Source of the DNA: Eledone cirrhosa
Taxonomy: Eukaryota
Direction: 5' to 3'
Length of the DNA: 64,000 nucleotides
Assembly (NCBI GenBank): GCA_964016885.1
Contig: OZ024744.1
Location: 102,486,001 to 102,550,000 of the forward strand
The notes under the pieces are model-generated. The model made no database searches and was not told where the DNA came from. It was given only the letters and a program-made list of their open reading frames with translations. A program made the position numbers and the translations under genes. This document shows positions 61,432-64,000 of this stretch, one piece after another (the first letter of the stretch is position 1; every line of letters starts with the position of its first letter).

Positions 61432-62220
61432 ATCATCATTGTATAATGTCTATTTTTCTACACTTGCATGGGTTAGACTGGTTGTCTTGCTCATATGGAT
61501 CTATATTCTAGCTTAGTTTCTACAACTGGCTGCCCTCCCTAATGCCAACCATGTGGACTGGGTGGTTTGCTGTAGCACTGGATCACCATACAGGGTGTGG
61601 ACTTGATGACTTTTGTACATGTGGTTAAGCAGGAGAGATGTATTACGAGTGACGAGAGAGGATTGGGGGGGGGGGGGAACAAGTAAGCAAATTCGACATG
61701 GATGAGATGAGTGGGTTATTTAGCTGGTGAAAGGGGGGAGGGGGATATTAAGACTGGGGAGGGGTAAAGAACAGAAGATTGATGTAGGCTAGTATCTACT
61801 ACATGTTTGTTTAATCCTGTGTGCACGGGGAAGGGGAAGTAGGAGTGGCTTTAGGGCAAGGTCAGCTTTTATTACTTCATCCTAAGCTTTCCTAGGTCTT
61901 CCTCTTCTCTAGTTTCCATTGATTTTGAGTGCCCTGCATCTTTTTATGAGCTGCCATCATCCATACGCATCACATGTCCATACAACCACATCTGATCCCT
62001 CTTATGCCCAGTTTTTCTCAGTTCATGCACACTACTATTACACACCTATGCAAACATTTTTTTTCCAATCTACGTAGGTCCTCTGCCCACAGTACCCAAG
62101 CCTCACTACCATGCAGCATTGCTATTCAGACAAGCATCATACAATCTACCTTTCATTTTGAGGGAAAAGCCTTTTCTAGCTAACGGTAGGAGCTCCCTGA
62201 AATGTTTCCATTCCGTTCTC
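61432..62220 (-). mobile_element. Decayed 3' part of a host-type RTE LINE (ORF end + 3' UTR)
   Basis: Minus strand: WKHFRELLPLARKGFSLKMKGRLYDAC..MLHGSEAW..WLYGHVMRMDD..RGRPRKAW-like, then the ggcattagggagggcagccag..acccatgcaag..gacatt 3' end. Confidence 0.75.
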
Positions 62221-64000
62221 ACACACCATACATATATGAAAAAAAGTGGGTAGGTTTAGGAAACTGCTACAATACAAATGGGGTTGTAATTATTGAAATA
62301 ACAAGACTGAATGAAAGAAAAAAGGAGAAATGAGAGAATCTGGATGTTTCCATGGCAATATCTATTAGTTTTGTGGGGTTTTTTTAAATGTCCATTCTAA
62401 GTGAGCTGTTAGGAACGTCTGCTACTATCAAAGAGAACCATTATGCCTTCAGGTTGTTTGTGTTTGACTTGAATCTATTAATGCCACAAACATATTATGC
62501 GCTTGTGTATGACTTAGTTGAGTTTTTGTGATAGTGTAATTGTAGCAGTAGTAGTTGGTTGTTTGATTTTGCTAGAGGTTCGGCTAAATTAGCCATAAGG
62601 CTTTATTCTTTTTCAATCTGTTACTGATGGTTGATTTGTGCTCTTTATTACCAAACTGTTGATGTTTCATTCAGTGGCCAATATGGTGATGATTTTCTTT
62701 ATTGTCGCTTTTAGTGGTGTGCTTTGGGAACAAAGAAGAGTTTGTGCTGAAGGTGTATATATTTTATTTGTGCAGGGGCCATATTTTACTGCTGATAACA
62801 TTTACTGCACTGTATCTGGTACTCCCCGAGTACATTCATTATCCTTTGTGTGTCTTGTGGATAGGCATTTTTAAAGGGAAGGTCACATGTCAGTTATATA
62901 GAGGCCCTCCCTACAGATAGTGCTAGTGTTATTTTCACTGAAGGGGGGGGGGGGGTAGTTTTAGGAGCTCTTCTCTTTTCTAGGCTTTAGGCATTGAGAG
63001 CATACATTTATCTATTTTTATATATGTGGATATGGTTTAAAACACATGACATATAGAAAAATGGTGTGGAGATTGAATACTTTATTAAACTACTTAAAAA
63101 CATTAGATACATATGCAGGGGAAACAGACGATATATATATAATATGTTTAAATTGATGCTAATATACAATGTATTGAGCAGAAGCCTTTTTAACTTTAAT
63201 TATTACAATATATGCAATGAATAATTGATTTGTTTCTTTTTCATTCATTTTTCTCAGTATTCAAACACAATGTTACAGTTATTGCAATCATCACTGAGGA
63301 AGTAGTGGATGTCTATTTATTTTCATGGGTGCATGCATGGTGGTTATATGGTTAAGATATTTGCTTTGCAACAATGGGGTTCCAGGTTTGATGAGATAGC
63401 ACATCACCTTGAACTCATGGGTAAGTAAGTCTCTAGTATAGTTTGTAGTTGACCACTACAACAATGTGAATGGAATATTGCAGATAGAAGCTGTGCATTA
63501 AGCCCATCATGTGTGAATGGATGTATACATATAACTATACATCTTTTGCTACATATTGGCAACAGATGTAAATTAGTGTTCTTCAAACAAAATTCACTGT
63601 TACAGACATTCCATTGTCACTAACACTGTCATAAATTCAGTGGACCAGTGATTGGCACACACCATTTGTTAACAAATTGTGATATATAATAAAATAAATC
63701 AACTAAATACTTTCTCCTATTACTATCAGCACTCTTACTACCCATCCACCAGCCCTATCCATCATCATGTTGTGTCACATGCATGTTTATAATTGTTTTA
63801 GAGCATTCCCCATTCAACTCAGGGTAAATTCTCACTGCATCATTTTTGATGTCACAATTAAAAGGAAACTGTTCTATAGACAAAATAATAATTTTTCCCC
63901 CCTCTATTATTAACAACAATATATACAGTGCAGTATTTGTATTATTTTTAATGAATACAAAAAAAGTACTTTTAATAAATTCAGACAATAACATAGTGAT

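Overview
Eukaryotic, AT-rich animal genomic DNA. The SINE/RTE repeat content and microsatellites look like coleoid cephalopod (octopus-type) sequence; this is inferred, not verified. The only host gene I can support is a minus-strand SLC6 (Na+/Cl- neurotransmitter:sodium symporter) of the GABA/taurine/creatine subgroup, most like molluscan taurine transporters. Eight coding exons (23707->3645; 1305 nt = 435 codons, TM1-TM8) join in frame with GT-AG sites, and the gene runs off the left edge. Its introns hold: a GC-rich 5'-truncated RTE LINE (20.66-23.05 kb), an internally deleted Helitron (17.73-18.91 kb), a mariner-type MITE, young tRNA-derived SINEs (including a tandem dimer), two ~130-bp fold-back palindromes, and a ~3.8-kb 33-bp minisatellite that appears to have amplified out of a decayed RTE reverse-transcriptase segment. 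Upstream of the first coding exon is a ~31.7-kb array of a 29-bp satellite (~1,090 copies, nearly all carrying TACTAAC) with kb-scale higher-order duplications. Most ORF-track entries are spurious. There is no prokaryotic system or CRISPR array.
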